Source: an uncultured Desulfarculus sp.
Lineage (GTDB): Bacteria; Desulfobacterota; Desulfarculia; Desulfarculales; Desulfarculaceae
Length of the DNA: 64,000 bases
Assembly: GCA_963665125.2 (NCBI GenBank)
Contig: CAXXUK010000002.1
Coordinates: forward strand, 160,001-224,000
Direction: 5' to 3'
Below are positions 38,356 through 48,022 of the stretch, in pieces (within the stretch, counting starts at the first letter, position 1; each line of letters starts with the position of its first letter). The notes beneath the pieces are model-generated. The model was not told the origin of the DNA. It did not search any database and saw nothing but the letters and a program-made list of their open reading frames with translations. The position numbers and the translations under genes were made by a program.

Positions 38356-39350
38356 TGATGACGCAACACGCGGATACAGCACAAAAAAAACATTCAGCCC
38401 TGGGCCTGTATTCCGGCGGTCTGGACTCCATGCTGGCAGCCTTGGTCTTGCAACGGGCCGGGGTTGATGTCCAGGTCGTCACCTTTGCCTCGCCGTTTTT
38501 CGACGCGGCAGGGCCCAAAACCTCCGCTGAGAAACTGGGTCTGAAGCACCACGCCATTGAATTGGGCGCTGATTACCTGGCCCTGGTCAAGGACCCGCCC
38601 AGGGGCTACGGCTCCAACATGAATCCCTGCGTGGACTGCCATGCATTCATGCTGAAGAAGGCCGGGGAACTGGCCGACAGCCTGGGCCTGGATTTCCTGT
38701 TCACCGGCGAGGTCCTGGGCCAGCGCCCCATGAGCCAGAACAAGGGCGCTCTCAACGCCGTTCTCAAGGACAGCGGCCGGGCCGGTTCGATTCTGCGGCC
38801 CCTTTCGGCCAAGCTGCTGCAACCCACACCCATGGAAGAATCCGGCATGGTGGACCGCTCCAAACTCATGGACATCAGCGGCCGGGGCCGCAAGCGCCAG
38901 ATGGAGTTGGCCCAGGAGTTCGGGCTGAGCGAGTATCCTTCACCAGCCGGTGGCTGCCTGCTTACAGATCCAGGTTTCAGCAAACGCTTGAAGGATCTGT
39001 GGGACCATGATCCCTCGGCCGGGGCGGCCAGGCTTGAGTTGTTGAAGTTGGGCCGGCATCTGCGTTTGTCGGATCGTACCAAGCTGGTGGTGGGCCGCAA
39101 TCAGGCCGAAAACGGCCTGCTGGAGCAGAGCGCCGCCGGCGCCCTTACCATGCGGGCCAAGGCCATCCCCGGCCCCATGGCCTTGTATTTCGGCCCGGAA
39201 AACGGCCCGGATTTGGAACTTGCCGCGGCAATCGTGGCCGGCTACGGCAAGGCCCAGCCCGGCGAAATGGTGGATATGCTTCTCGGCGATGGCCGGGAAA
39301 TGGTCACCGAGGCCCTGCACCGCCGCAATGCCCAGGAGATGCTGCTGTGA
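38355..39350 (+). CDS. ThiI/MnmA-like tRNA thiolation ATP pyrophosphatase
   Basis: PP-loop SGGLDS, NPCVDCH, TGEVLGQRPMSQ, PAGGCLLTDP, VGRNQAEN. Confidence 0.85.
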   Translation: MMTQHADTAQKKHSALGLYSGGLDSMLAALVLQRAGVDVQVVTFASPFFDAAGPKTSAEKLGLKHHAIELGADYLALVKDPPRGYGSNMNPCVDCHAFMLKKAGELADSLGLDFLFTGEVLGQRPMSQNKGALNAVLKDSGRAGSILRPLSAKLLQPTPMEESGMVDRSKLMDISGRGRKRQMELAQEFGLSEYPSPAGGCLLTDPGFSKRLKDLWDHDPSAGAARLELLKLGRHLRLSDRTKLVVGRNQAENGLLEQSAAGALTMRAKAIPGPMALYFGPENGPDLELAAAIVAGYGKAQPGEMVDMLLGDGREMVTEALHRRNAQEMLL

Positions 39351-39808
39351 GTTTCGAGGTCAGCCTGACGGCGGTGCGTCGCATTCAAGCGCCCAAGCAG
39401 TTGGTCTGGGAGGTCTTTTCCGATTTCGTTGATTGGCCTCGCTGGAACCACGGTGTAAAACATGCCCAAATGGGAGGCACCGGCCAAATGGACGTGGGCG
39501 GGGCCGTCGTCCTGGGGCTTCGGCCCCTGGGCCTGCCCGTAACCGTCAGGGGCCAGGTGGTTCAGGCCGTGCCGGGCAGCAAGGTCGTCATCACCGGGCG
39601 CTGGCTGGGCATCACCGGCTGGCAGACTTTTTCCTTCCAGGAGATGAACGGCGGCACCCTGGTCCAGGCCCACGAGATGCTCAGCGGCTGGATGCTGGGG
39701 CCGCTGCATATCTTCGCCGCCACCCGCAAAGTCGGCAACATGGTCCGCAACTGGCTGGAGGCCCTGTCCCAGGAGGCCGAGCGGCGGGCGGCGGAACAAA
39801 TTCAATAA
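39347..39808 (+). CDS. SRPBCC/polyketide cyclase family protein
   Basis: IQAPKQLVWEVFSDFVDWPRWN. Confidence 0.8.
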   Translation: MSFEVSLTAVRRIQAPKQLVWEVFSDFVDWPRWNHGVKHAQMGGTGQMDVGGAVVLGLRPLGLPVTVRGQVVQAVPGSKVVITGRWLGITGWQTFSFQEMNGGTLVQAHEMLSGWMLGPLHIFAATRKVGNMVRNWLEALSQEAERRAAEQIQ

Positions 39809-39851
39809 AAGCTCGCACATCTTACTGCATCACCGTTCCCATACCAGGCGC

Positions 39852-40937
39852 CTATCCACCGGTTACAGCCCGGACGGCCCGCTCGGCGCTGGCCAGGGCG
39901 CCTTCGATGTAGCCGCCGAACTGGTCCGAGGTTTCTGTTCCCAAAAACACAACGAGCCCGTCCCATATGCCAGTCCTGCCCGCCGGTGGCTGGTAAAGCG
40001 GGTGCTCGTGGACCGGCCTGTGATCATATTCCGTGGCAGTGAACCGTTCCATGGCCCAGTCCTGGTAAAAAACCGCCGTGGGCCTGCCCGCCGCTTCCCC
40101 GTAGAGCAGTTGAAGCTGCCGGAGGGTTGCATCGATCACCATCTGTTTGTTTTGCCGCCGGGCCGCCGGAATCCCGATAAATCCCGTCAGTCCGAAAGGA
40201 TCGTCCCTATTGCTGGAGCCGTCGTGGATCTCCGCAAGCGGGCCGTGCTCGCTGAAGGCCTGGCCCGAAAGTCCGGCTTTTCGCCAGTCGGACCGGTCGT
40301 ACAGGGCAAAGAATTTTGCCTGACCGGCCATCCAGGTGCTGGTCTTGAGCATGGCCTGGGTCAGTTGATGAGACAGTTCGGGGGTGAACAGGATAGTGGC
40401 CGCCGCCAGCCTCGGCGGCAGGGCCAGCAGTATCCTGGAGGCCTTGAATTGGCGGCGGGGTTTTTGGCCCAGCGTTCCGACGCTTATCACCGTGTGGTCT
40501 GTTTTCCGTTCAATTTCGCAGACCGGGTGGTTTAGCAGGATGGCGTCCCGGGGGATCTTTTTGCGCAGGCCGTCGACCAGGGAGATCATGCCCCCGCTGA
40601 TCCGCCAGCTTTCCGGTTCCATGGGATAGCCGGAAACGGTTCCGACCCTTCCATCCATGGCCTGGAACCGCCCGTAACCGGTGTCGTACTGGGGGTATCC
40701 ATTGAGCCCCAGGTGCCGGACAAGCCTTTTTACCCTGGGGTTTATGGCCGGCCAATACCAGGACGGGCCGAGATCAATGAAATATCCCTGATGGTCCGGA
40801 CTCAAGATCCTGCCGCCGATCCGGTCCCGGGCTTCCAGCAGGATAAAAGCCTCTCCCTTTTGGGCCAAAAGAGATGCGGCGTAGATGCCGCTTATGCCGG
40901 CGCCGATGATGATTGTCTGGGTTTTTTCCTTGGGCAT
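39852..40937 (-). CDS. Flavin monoamine oxidase family FAD oxidoreductase
   Basis: IIGAGISG, LEARDRIGGRI, DLGPSWYW, GYIEGALASAERA. Confidence 0.9.
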   Translation of the reverse strand: MPKEKTQTIIIGAGISGIYAASLLAQKGEAFILLEARDRIGGRILSPDHQGYFIDLGPSWYWPAINPRVKRLVRHLGLNGYPQYDTGYGRFQAMDGRVGTVSGYPMEPESWRISGGMISLVDGLRKKIPRDAILLNHPVCEIERKTDHTVISVGTLGQKPRRQFKASRILLALPPRLAAATILFTPELSHQLTQAMLKTSTWMAGQAKFFALYDRSDWRKAGLSGQAFSEHGPLAEIHDGSSNRDDPFGLTGFIGIPAARRQNKQMVIDATLRQLQLLYGEAAGRPTAVFYQDWAMERFTATEYDHRPVHEHPLYQPPAGRTGIWDGLVVFLGTETSDQFGGYIEGALASAERAVRAVTGG

Positions 40938-41250
40938 GATCGATGAAGCGTCTCTGTGTGCATTATCTCGGATTAATATCTCGTATATGGTTTATACACC
41001 CACAAAGACTAAAGATTAACGGTTCTTTGGAATTGGCCCAATTTTATGAGTGATCTGGGGACACTCAAAAGTGAATGGCTGTGGAATCCCAAGTTGTCGG
41101 AGCAGGTAGGCTGTGAGGCTATCCGGGCGCATTTGCTCTGGCGCGACCGGGCCATTGGTTATAAACAGCCCGACCGCGCTAGGTTAACTTGAGCGCCATC
41201 CGGCGGATGATCGAATGAAGGGAACAGCGCAAATCCCCACTGATCCAAGC

Positions 41251-41667
41251 CTAATGACCGCACCCGTTCATGTGGGGGCCGACGCACGTCCTGCTGGCCG
41301 GGTTCCACATCTGGCAGTCGTACGGGCATTTGGTGTTGGGGTCCACCCAACCCGGACAGGAAATGTCCTTCCTCATGTTGGTGCAATCCTGATTGCATGC
41401 CTTCAACTGGACTTCGCAATTGTTGCGGCACGGGATCTGGGGGCCAAGGCCGCAGTTCCTTTGGCATGCGTAATAAGCATCCGTGCATGGCCTTTTGCAA
41501 TCCGGGAAAAGCTTCAGGCAGCAATCTTAGCAGGAATTATTGCCTGGTGGGCAACCCAAAGAGCAGTCCCCCGCCGTGCCGAAGATGGCCAGGGCCGGAG
41601 ACGGGGCCAGGCACAGCAGCGCGACGATAGCCAGCAGGGCCGAACATGCATAGGTTGGTTTTTTCAT
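41251..41667 (-). pseudogene. Secreted cysteine-rich protein gene with one in-frame TAA (absent from the ORF track)
   Basis: AAGGAGG SD at 41680-41674, ATG 41667, signal peptide ending ALA, TAA at 41529-41527 (codon 47); the same frame continues with the same Cys periodicity to TAG at 41253-41251. Confidence 0.85.
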
Positions 41668-41723
41668 GATAGGCCTCCTTGCAGGCCGGGCTGACTATGG
41701 CAATCAGCCCGGCCGCGATTTGT

Positions 41724-42779
41724 TTACTTGAGTACGCTCTGACGGATTATCGGATGGTGGGAGCAGCGGAAAGCGCCGCCCCAGGTGGCCACCGCGTCGT
41801 AGGGCACCTCGACGACATTGTGGCCCCGCTTGCGTAGTTCCTTGATGATTCGCTGGTGCTGGGCGTCGATGATGCAGGTGGTCTCGTCCAATACCAGGGC
41901 GTTGGCGGCCAGCTTCTTGGCCTCGTCAAGGGTGACCTCGACATAGTCCCAATCCCGGATGGCCGCGGGCAGCTCGCCCTTGAAGCCGGGGCGGTAGATC
42001 AGGCCCAGGCCGGGCTTGAGCAGTGCCAGCACGCAGTCCAGGTGTTCCCAGGCCGAATCCAGGGGCACCTCGATGACCTTGTACTTGGGCCCGAGCTGCT
42101 GCTGGAGCCAGGCGATACCGGCCTTGGTGCTGGCGCGGCCCGAGTTGCCAACGTAGATCTCATAGCCGTTGAGTTGCACGTCGCCACCCTCGATATAGAT
42201 GCCGTCATCCGGGAAAGAAGGATCGGGCATGGGCATGGCCACGAACTTGGCCCCGCGTTTTTCAGCCAGCTCGCGCAGGATGGGGCGTAGGCCGAAGCGC
42301 TCCTTGGCCCGCATGGGCACCTTGAGCGCCGTCTCGAAAACATTGTTGCCGATGACCAACATGGGGTCACGGGCGTAGAGCTGCATGCGGCCCTTTTGCA
42401 CGTAATCCAGGAATTGGCTCTGCGGCTGATCCAAAAGGGCCGGGCGGTGGACCTTGATGCCCCGCTTTTGCAGCACTTCGGCCAGATTGTCGATCTGGGC
42501 GATGACCTTTTTGGTGAGTTCGGGCTCCAGATCCATGGCGTCCTTGCCGCCGTTTTGCTTCATTTTTTCCAGATATTGCGGGTCGTAGATAAAATCCACG
42601 TACTTGGAATAGCCCGGCATGCGCAGGGTGTCGCCCCGGCCGATGACCACCTCGGTGAGTTTGCCCCATTCGTGATTCACCGACACCTTGGGCTCCTGGG
42701 CCTGATCCGCCGCATTTGCCGGCGAAAACGCGGCCAGCAGGCCGCAGACAATTGCCGATACCATCAATACCCTGATCAC
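41724..42779 (-). CDS. Amidinotransferase (pentein) family protein with signal peptide
   Basis: VNHEWGKLTEVVIG, YARDP, EGGD, HLDC, GGAFRC; N-terminus MIRVLMVSAIVCGLLAAFSPANA; AGGAGG SD. Confidence 0.88.
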   Translation of the reverse strand: MIRVLMVSAIVCGLLAAFSPANAADQAQEPKVSVNHEWGKLTEVVIGRGDTLRMPGYSKYVDFIYDPQYLEKMKQNGGKDAMDLEPELTKKVIAQIDNLAEVLQKRGIKVHRPALLDQPQSQFLDYVQKGRMQLYARDPMLVIGNNVFETALKVPMRAKERFGLRPILRELAEKRGAKFVAMPMPDPSFPDDGIYIEGGDVQLNGYEIYVGNSGRASTKAGIAWLQQQLGPKYKVIEVPLDSAWEHLDCVLALLKPGLGLIYRPGFKGELPAAIRDWDYVEVTLDEAKKLAANALVLDETTCIIDAQHQRIIKELRKRGHNVVEVPYDAVATWGGAFRCSHHPIIRQSVLK

Positions 42780-42844
42780 GGATGCCTCCTTTTAGCTGTA
42801 AATTGTTCGGCACGCGATTTGGCCCCCCAACCGCCGTGGACGCT

Positions 42845-43147
42845 TTACGCCTCTATCCGTCCGTCCCTTTGGGCTGTTTTGTTCACCCAGGCTGAACGGC
42901 TGACCATGCCGTGGTCCTTGAGCCTCTGGGCCATGCTCCGGGCAAGGTCGCTGCCCGTGCCGTCGGCCTGGGGCGCGGACCATCTGAGCACCACCATCGC
43001 CTCGTTCTGATGAGCGGTGTTGGTGTAGACGTCGTAGCCGTCCAGTTCCGGCGGCATATGGGCGGGCCTGAGCGCCTCCCAAAATTCCGCGCCTTTGTGT
43101 TCCACGTCCGCTTCCGGGACGCGGACCCTTATTGTTTCCATCCACAT
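42845..43147 (-). CDS. Small hypothetical protein, first gene of the putative sigma54 operon
   Basis: 100 aa, directly downstream of the -24/-12 element, co-oriented with the amidinotransferase. Confidence 0.65.
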   Translation of the reverse strand: MWMETIRVRVPEADVEHKGAEFWEALRPAHMPPELDGYDVYTNTAHQNEAMVVLRWSAPQADGTGSDLARSMAQRLKDHGMVSRSAWVNKTAQRDGRIEA

Positions 43148-43206
43148 GGTTCCACTTGCTTTCCCGGCGGCCCCGGCAGGCAGGGGCGCCCGATGCCGGT
43201 TCTGAT

Positions 43207-43222
43207 TGCCAAAGGCGTGCCA
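43207..43222 (-). promoter_or_regulatory. Sigma54 (-24/-12) promoter
   Basis: Minus strand TGGCACGCCTTTGGCA = GG-N10-GC, divergent from a sigma54 activator gene. Confidence 0.75.
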
Positions 43223-43393
43223 TCCGGAGGCGTTCTGCTTTTCGCCGTCAATTCAGCATGTTGGTCGAACAGAAATCCGTCGTGACGCCTAATCGACAAG
43301 ATTTCTCTTAAATTTAATAGAATTTCTATGTTATATGAGAGATTGCCGCATAAAGTATGAAATACAGGAGATCCATCCTTACGGGAGCGCCCC

Positions 43394-44944
43394 ATGACCA
43401 GCCTGCCCCTGATCTATCACCGCGTGGCCAAGGCCTTGTTCGCCGAGCCGCGCATCGAAAAAGCCTGGCAGAATTGCCTGGCCTGTCTGGATGAACACAT
43501 CCCGGCCGACTATCTGAGCCTGCATTTGTTCGACCCTGGCCTGGGGATCATCGAATCGGTGGTCGACGCCACGGCCCAACGTTCGGAGCCCATATCAAAA
43601 AAGACCATCCTTTCACCTCAGGCCAGGGATCAGATGCGGGCCATCACCACCGAGGGCAAGGGCACGCCGTCCTTTTCCATATTCGACAGCTTGGCCAACC
43701 ATGACATGGCCCGCCAGTTGGGACTGGATCTGGGCACCCCGGACGACCCCAGCATCGCCATGGACTTGATCATGGGCGGCCAATACCTGGGCTTCGCGGC
43801 GGTTACCAACACCAGGGGCATCCTCTACACGCCCGAGCACGGCAAACTGCTGCTTGGGCTGCACGACCTCCTGGCCGCCACGGCCCTGATCTTTCATCAG
43901 TCCAGGCAGCTTTCCCGGGTCCGGGCCCTGATGGACGACCGCGACACCTTTTTGAACCAAGAGCTGATGCGTTCGGTGGAAGACGAGATCATCGGCGCGG
44001 AGTTCGGCCTCAGGGACGTGGTGGAGATGGTGGAAAAGGTGGCCGCCACCGACTCGCCGGTGCTGCTGTTGGGCGAAACCGGCGTGGGCAAGGAAGTGGT
44101 GGCCGGGTTGATCCACCGCTCGTCGCCCAGGGCCAAGGGCCCCTTCATCAAGGTCAACTGCGGATCCATCCCCCAGGGGCTTTTGGAAAGCGAGCTGTTC
44201 GGCCACCAAAAAGGCGCCTTCACCGGAGCAACGGCCACCCGCAAGGGCTATTTCGAGCGGGCCGACGGCGGCACCATCTTCCTGGACGAGGTAGGCGAGC
44301 TGGGCAACGACGCCCAGGTGCGGCTGCTGCGCGTCCTTCAGGACAAGCGCGTGGAGCGCGTGGGCGGTGGCGAGACCCTGTGCCTGGATATCCGGGTTAT
44401 CGCCGCCACCAACCGTGATCTCCAGCGGATGGCCGCCGATGGCCGGTTGCGCCAGGATCTTTTCTTCCGGCTCAACGTTTTCCCCATCACCATCCCCCCC
44501 TTGCGCCGCCGCCGCGAGGATATCCCGGCCCTGGCCTATCATTTCGTGGCCAAAAAGGCCCGGGCCATGGCCCTGCCCGATCTACCGCGCATCCAGCCCG
44601 GCGCCGTGGACCGGCTGATGAGCTACGCCTGGCCCGGCAACGTGCGCGAGCTCGAAAACGTCATCGAGCGGGAGATAATCGTCAACAGGGGCAAGCCGAT
44701 AACCTTTGAGCACATCAGCGGACCGGCGCCCCAAGCCGCCGCCCCGGAAGAGGTATCCGGGGCGCGGGAGCTGGATGCGGTGATAAAGGCCCACATCACC
44801 GCTGTTCTGCGGACCACAAAAGGCAAGGTGGAAGGACCGGGCGGCGCGGCCGGTATCCTGGGCGTAAATCCCCGCACCTTGCAATCACGCATGAAAAAGC
44901 TGGGCATTCCCTTTGGCCGCAAGGCCCGGGACTATTACGGCTAG
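43394..44944 (+). CDS. Sigma54-dependent enhancer-binding protein (FhlA/NifA-like, GAF-like N-terminus)
   Basis: [41 protein letters not shown]-terminal HTH. Confidence 0.96.
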   Translation: MTSLPLIYHRVAKALFAEPRIEKAWQNCLACLDEHIPADYLSLHLFDPGLGIIESVVDATAQRSEPISKKTILSPQARDQMRAITTEGKGTPSFSIFDSLANHDMARQLGLDLGTPDDPSIAMDLIMGGQYLGFAAVTNTRGILYTPEHGKLLLGLHDLLAATALIFHQSRQLSRVRALMDDRDTFLNQELMRSVEDEIIGAEFGLRDVVEMVEKVAATDSPVLLLGETGVGKEVVAGLIHRSSPRAKGPFIKVNCGSIPQGLLESELFGHQKGAFTGATATRKGYFERADGGTIFLDEVGELGNDAQVRLLRVLQDKRVERVGGGETLCLDIRVIAATNRDLQRMAADGRLRQDLFFRLNVFPITIPPLRRRREDIPALAYHFVAKKARAMALPDLPRIQPGAVDRLMSYAWPGNVRELENVIEREIIVNRGKPITFEHISGPAPQAAAPEEVSGARELDAVIKAHITAVLRTTKGKVEGPGGAAGILGVNPRTLQSRMKKLGIPFGRKARDYYG

Positions 44945-45100
44945 GGTTGATATAGCCGTTTGCGCTACGCCTTCTTGAAATTATGGAAGGATCTTTCGGC
45001 CACGGACTTGTCAAAGCGATTGTCTTAGCCGCTAACGCCGGGAATCAGGCCGCGTTTGGGCTTGCGTGAAACTACCGAATGAATTGGGGGCACAGGCCTA

Positions 45101-45757
45101 TTACACGGTCTCGGGAATGATGGACTTCAGGATGGTCTCTTCCGCCAGGTCGAGATATTCCTCGCGGGTGTAATCCCCCAGATTCCAGCGCCGCAAAGAG
45201 TACAAAGAAAGTTGCAGGACGATCATGTTGGCCGCGAAGAAAGGATCGTGCACCCTAAAAACCCCGCTTTGGTTGCCGCGGATGATGATGTCCTCGAATA
45301 GTTTTATGGCCTCGCCTTCCTTTTCCAGGGTGGCTTTCATGATCTTGCGGGGCAACACCCTCGTTTCACGGTACATCATCAGGATGTCGTCCTTGAAGTC
45401 GTAGGTGTTTTCCAGGGCTTGGCGCAGAACGGCCTTTAGCTGCTCAACGGGATCGGCGATATCCAGGATGCCTTTTTGCTCCAGCGCCTCATTCATGGCG
45501 GCGTGGTAGGTGTTAAAGGCCAGGCAGAGAATTTCTTCCTTGCTGTTGATATAGTAATAGAGGTTTCCAAGGTTTATGCCCGTGGCCTTGGAAATGTCGC
45601 GCATGCTGGTCTGGGCGTATCCCTTTTTGATAAACAGTTTCGAGGCCTTTTTGACAATCACCGCCTGCTTTTTTTGAAACGACTGCTGCTGGCGCTGACT
45701 GGTTTTTTTGCCAGAACCGGAACTGGTGCCAGTGCCGCAGTTTTTATCACTCATCAA
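45101..45757 (-). CDS. TetR family regulator (KstR2-like)
   Basis: ASKLFIKKGYAQTSMRDISKATGINLGNLYYYINSKEEIL. Confidence 0.93.
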   Translation of the reverse strand: MMSDKNCGTGTSSGSGKKTSQRQQQSFQKKQAVIVKKASKLFIKKGYAQTSMRDISKATGINLGNLYYYINSKEEILCLAFNTYHAAMNEALEQKGILDIADPVEQLKAVLRQALENTYDFKDDILMMYRETRVLPRKIMKATLEKEGEAIKLFEDIIIRGNQSGVFRVHDPFFAANMIVLQLSLYSLRRWNLGDYTREEYLDLAEETILKSIIPETV

Positions 45758-45958
45758 AACCTCTCTTGAAACCCGTGCCGCGCGGGTTGCGCGGAATTTT
45801 CAACGCCGCCCTTAACCCACTTCCCGCACAAATCGGCTTCCCGCTGAAATACCACCTAAAACCCCAGGTGAAAAATCAAATACAATAAGGGATATGGCCG
45901 CAACCTTAACCAACCCGTTCGATCTATGCAACGCGGAAAGCCTCCTTGCATATTTCAA

Positions 45959-45995
45959 TATTACAGCTGGAGTGTAATAATACAAACGTTCGTTT
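45959..45995. promoter_or_regulatory. Two palindromes in the divergent TetR/AbfD-like intergenic region
   Basis: TATTACA-N7-TGTAATA (45959-45979) and AAACG-TT-CGTTT (45984-45995). Confidence 0.5.
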
Positions 45996-46128
45996 TCATT
46001 AAGCTTCTTATCTAATTGTATTTACTATCATTATTTATTATTGTTTTTTGCTGAAAAATATATATCATTACACTCACGGTATTAAAAAAGAGATAGCCCT
46101 ATTACAAGATAAATAAGGAGCCGGCGGC

Positions 46129-47670
46129 ATGATCAAAACGGTCGAGCAATATCTGGAAAGTTTGGATGACGGACGGGAAGTATGGTGCCTGGGTGAAAAG
46201 GTCAAGGATGTCCGGACCCATCCTTCGGTCAGCACAATCGTCCGCATGGCGGCCATGGACTATGTCCTGCCCAACCACCCGGATTACAAGGATATCTTTG
46301 TAACACAAGACGAAGACGGCGAGGACATCAACTTCCTGCTCACCGCCCCAAAAACGTCCGAAGACATGCTGCGCCGCAGGGAATGCTACATGGTGGGCAT
46401 GCGGGCCGGCGGCGGCGTGCTGGTCCACTGCATGGGCGCCGACGCCCTGGCCTCCTTTGCCGTGGCCGCCGAGGTGATGGATAAAAAAATCGGCACCAAC
46501 TACACCGAGCGGGTGGACAACTACCGGCGCTATCTCCAGAAAAACGACCTGGCGCTGACCGGCGCCATCACCGACGTCAAGGGCGACCGCAGCCTGCACC
46601 CCTCTCAGCAAAAGCAGCACCAGGACTATTACCTGCGCATCGTCGACCGCAAGGAAGACGGCATCGTGGTGCGCGGCGCCAAGGTGCACATCAGCGCCTC
46701 TCCCTGCGCCAACGAGCTGTTGTGCCTGCCGTGCCGCACCATGGGCGAGGCCGACAAGGACTATGCCGTGGCCTTTGCCGTGCCCGTCAACACCCCCGGC
46801 GTCAAGCTCATAGGAGTGGAGCCCAATGTGCGGCTCTATGGCGATGAATGCGAATTCGATTACCCCGCATCCGACCATCTGCAACCTTCGGAATCGCTGA
46901 TCGTCTTCGACGACGTGTTCGTGCCCTGGGACCGAGTCTTCATGTGCGGCGAATGGGAACACTCCCAAAGTCTGGTCTATGCCTTTGCCAGCTATCACCG
47001 CCTGTTTGGCACCTGCAAGATGACCCGCCAGCTCGAAGTGATGACCGGCGCGGCCAGCCTCATCGCCAAGTACAACGGCGTGAACAAGATCCCCCACGTG
47101 CGCAAGAAACTGGCCTGGATGGCCTACATCACCGAGACCGTGCAGATGCTGGCCAAGCAGGCCTGCCTGGAGCCCATCTCCGAATTCGGCATGGACGTGA
47201 TGATGCCCAACCGCGTGGCCATCAACGCCTCCAAGTTCACCTATGCCAGCAACTTCCACACCATGTGCCAGCACATGCACGACATCGGCGGTGGCCTGAC
47301 CACCACCGTGCCCGCCTTCCGCGACTGGAAGAACACGGAGCTGCATCCGTTCATCGAAAAATATCTGTCGGCAAAAGACGGCGTGCCCACCGAGGACCGG
47401 CTGCGCATCCTGCGGCTGATCAAGGACTGCACGGGCAACCATTGGCAGGTCGACACCATCCACGGCGAAGGGTCCATGGCCGCCCAGGAGATGTTCCTCT
47501 ACGGCAGCGCCGACTGGTCCAAGATGGAGGCCGCCGCCCGCCGCGCCGCCCATATGGACGGCTGGCAGTCCGACGCCACCTACTCCAAGCTGCCGTTGAT
47601 CAGCGAAAGCGTCAACATGCCCGAGTTGGATGAATCCTACGAGGGATTCGGGCCCACGTTGAAAGCGTAG
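46129..47670 (+). CDS. 4-hydroxybutyryl-CoA dehydratase/HpaB family flavoprotein (AbfD-like)
   Basis: QYLESLDDGR, AITDVKGDRS, DGIVVRGAKVH, FDDVFVPWDRVF, YHR, HGEGS. Confidence 0.88.
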   Translation: MIKTVEQYLESLDDGREVWCLGEKVKDVRTHPSVSTIVRMAAMDYVLPNHPDYKDIFVTQDEDGEDINFLLTAPKTSEDMLRRRECYMVGMRAGGGVLVHCMGADALASFAVAAEVMDKKIGTNYTERVDNYRRYLQKNDLALTGAITDVKGDRSLHPSQQKQHQDYYLRIVDRKEDGIVVRGAKVHISASPCANELLCLPCRTMGEADKDYAVAFAVPVNTPGVKLIGVEPNVRLYGDECEFDYPASDHLQPSESLIVFDDVFVPWDRVFMCGEWEHSQSLVYAFASYHRLFGTCKMTRQLEVMTGAASLIAKYNGVNKIPHVRKKLAWMAYITETVQMLAKQACLEPISEFGMDVMMPNRVAINASKFTYASNFHTMCQHMHDIGGGLTTTVPAFRDWKNTELHPFIEKYLSAKDGVPTEDRLRILRLIKDCTGNHWQVDTIHGEGSMAAQEMFLYGSADWSKMEAAARRAAHMDGWQSDATYSKLPLISESVNMPELDESYEGFGPTLKA

Positions 47671-47719
47671 AACGCGTCCTGGCCGTTGATCAAGCGATCA
47701 CGGCTCACGAAAAAGACCG

Positions 47720-47770
47720 GCCGCGCCGGACGGGTAATCAAGGCATTGCCCGCCCGGCGCGGCGTTTTTT
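47720..47770 (+). terminator. Rho-independent terminator
   Basis: Long GC stem GCCGCGCCGG...CCGGCGCGGC followed by GTTTTTT. Confidence 0.7.
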
Positions 47771-48022
47771 GGCGGCTTGAGCATAAAATCCGGCCAATGT
47801 TACGAAGCTATTGATCCATGCCGGGCCGGGGGATCAGTCCTTCTTGGCGTAACAGGCCAGGGGCTTGCCCTGGGCCATGGCCAAGGCGCCAAAGTGATCT
47901 ATAACTCCTGGTAAAAAATTACCAATCAAACTATAGGCTGTAATACACTACTGTTATCTGAAATATCATAATGCGCGCCACAACAAAACGTTTAAACCAA
48001 ATCCCGAGGAGGAAAAAGTTAA

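Noticed and set aside
41527..41529. Selenocysteine or pyrrolysine recoding of the internal stop
   Set aside because: The codon is TAA; Sec uses TGA and Pyl uses TAG. A nonsense mutation or base-call error is more likely.
41159..41694. ORF-track calls 41215-41694 (+), 41159-41524 (-) and 41397-41630 (+)
   Set aside because: They overlap the Cys-rich minus-strand gene, which has the SD, signal peptide and periodic structure that they lack.
45028..45056. GCTAAC-initiated stretch resembling half an integron attC site
   Set aside because: No matching GTTRRRY partner or pairing arm downstream, and no integrase.
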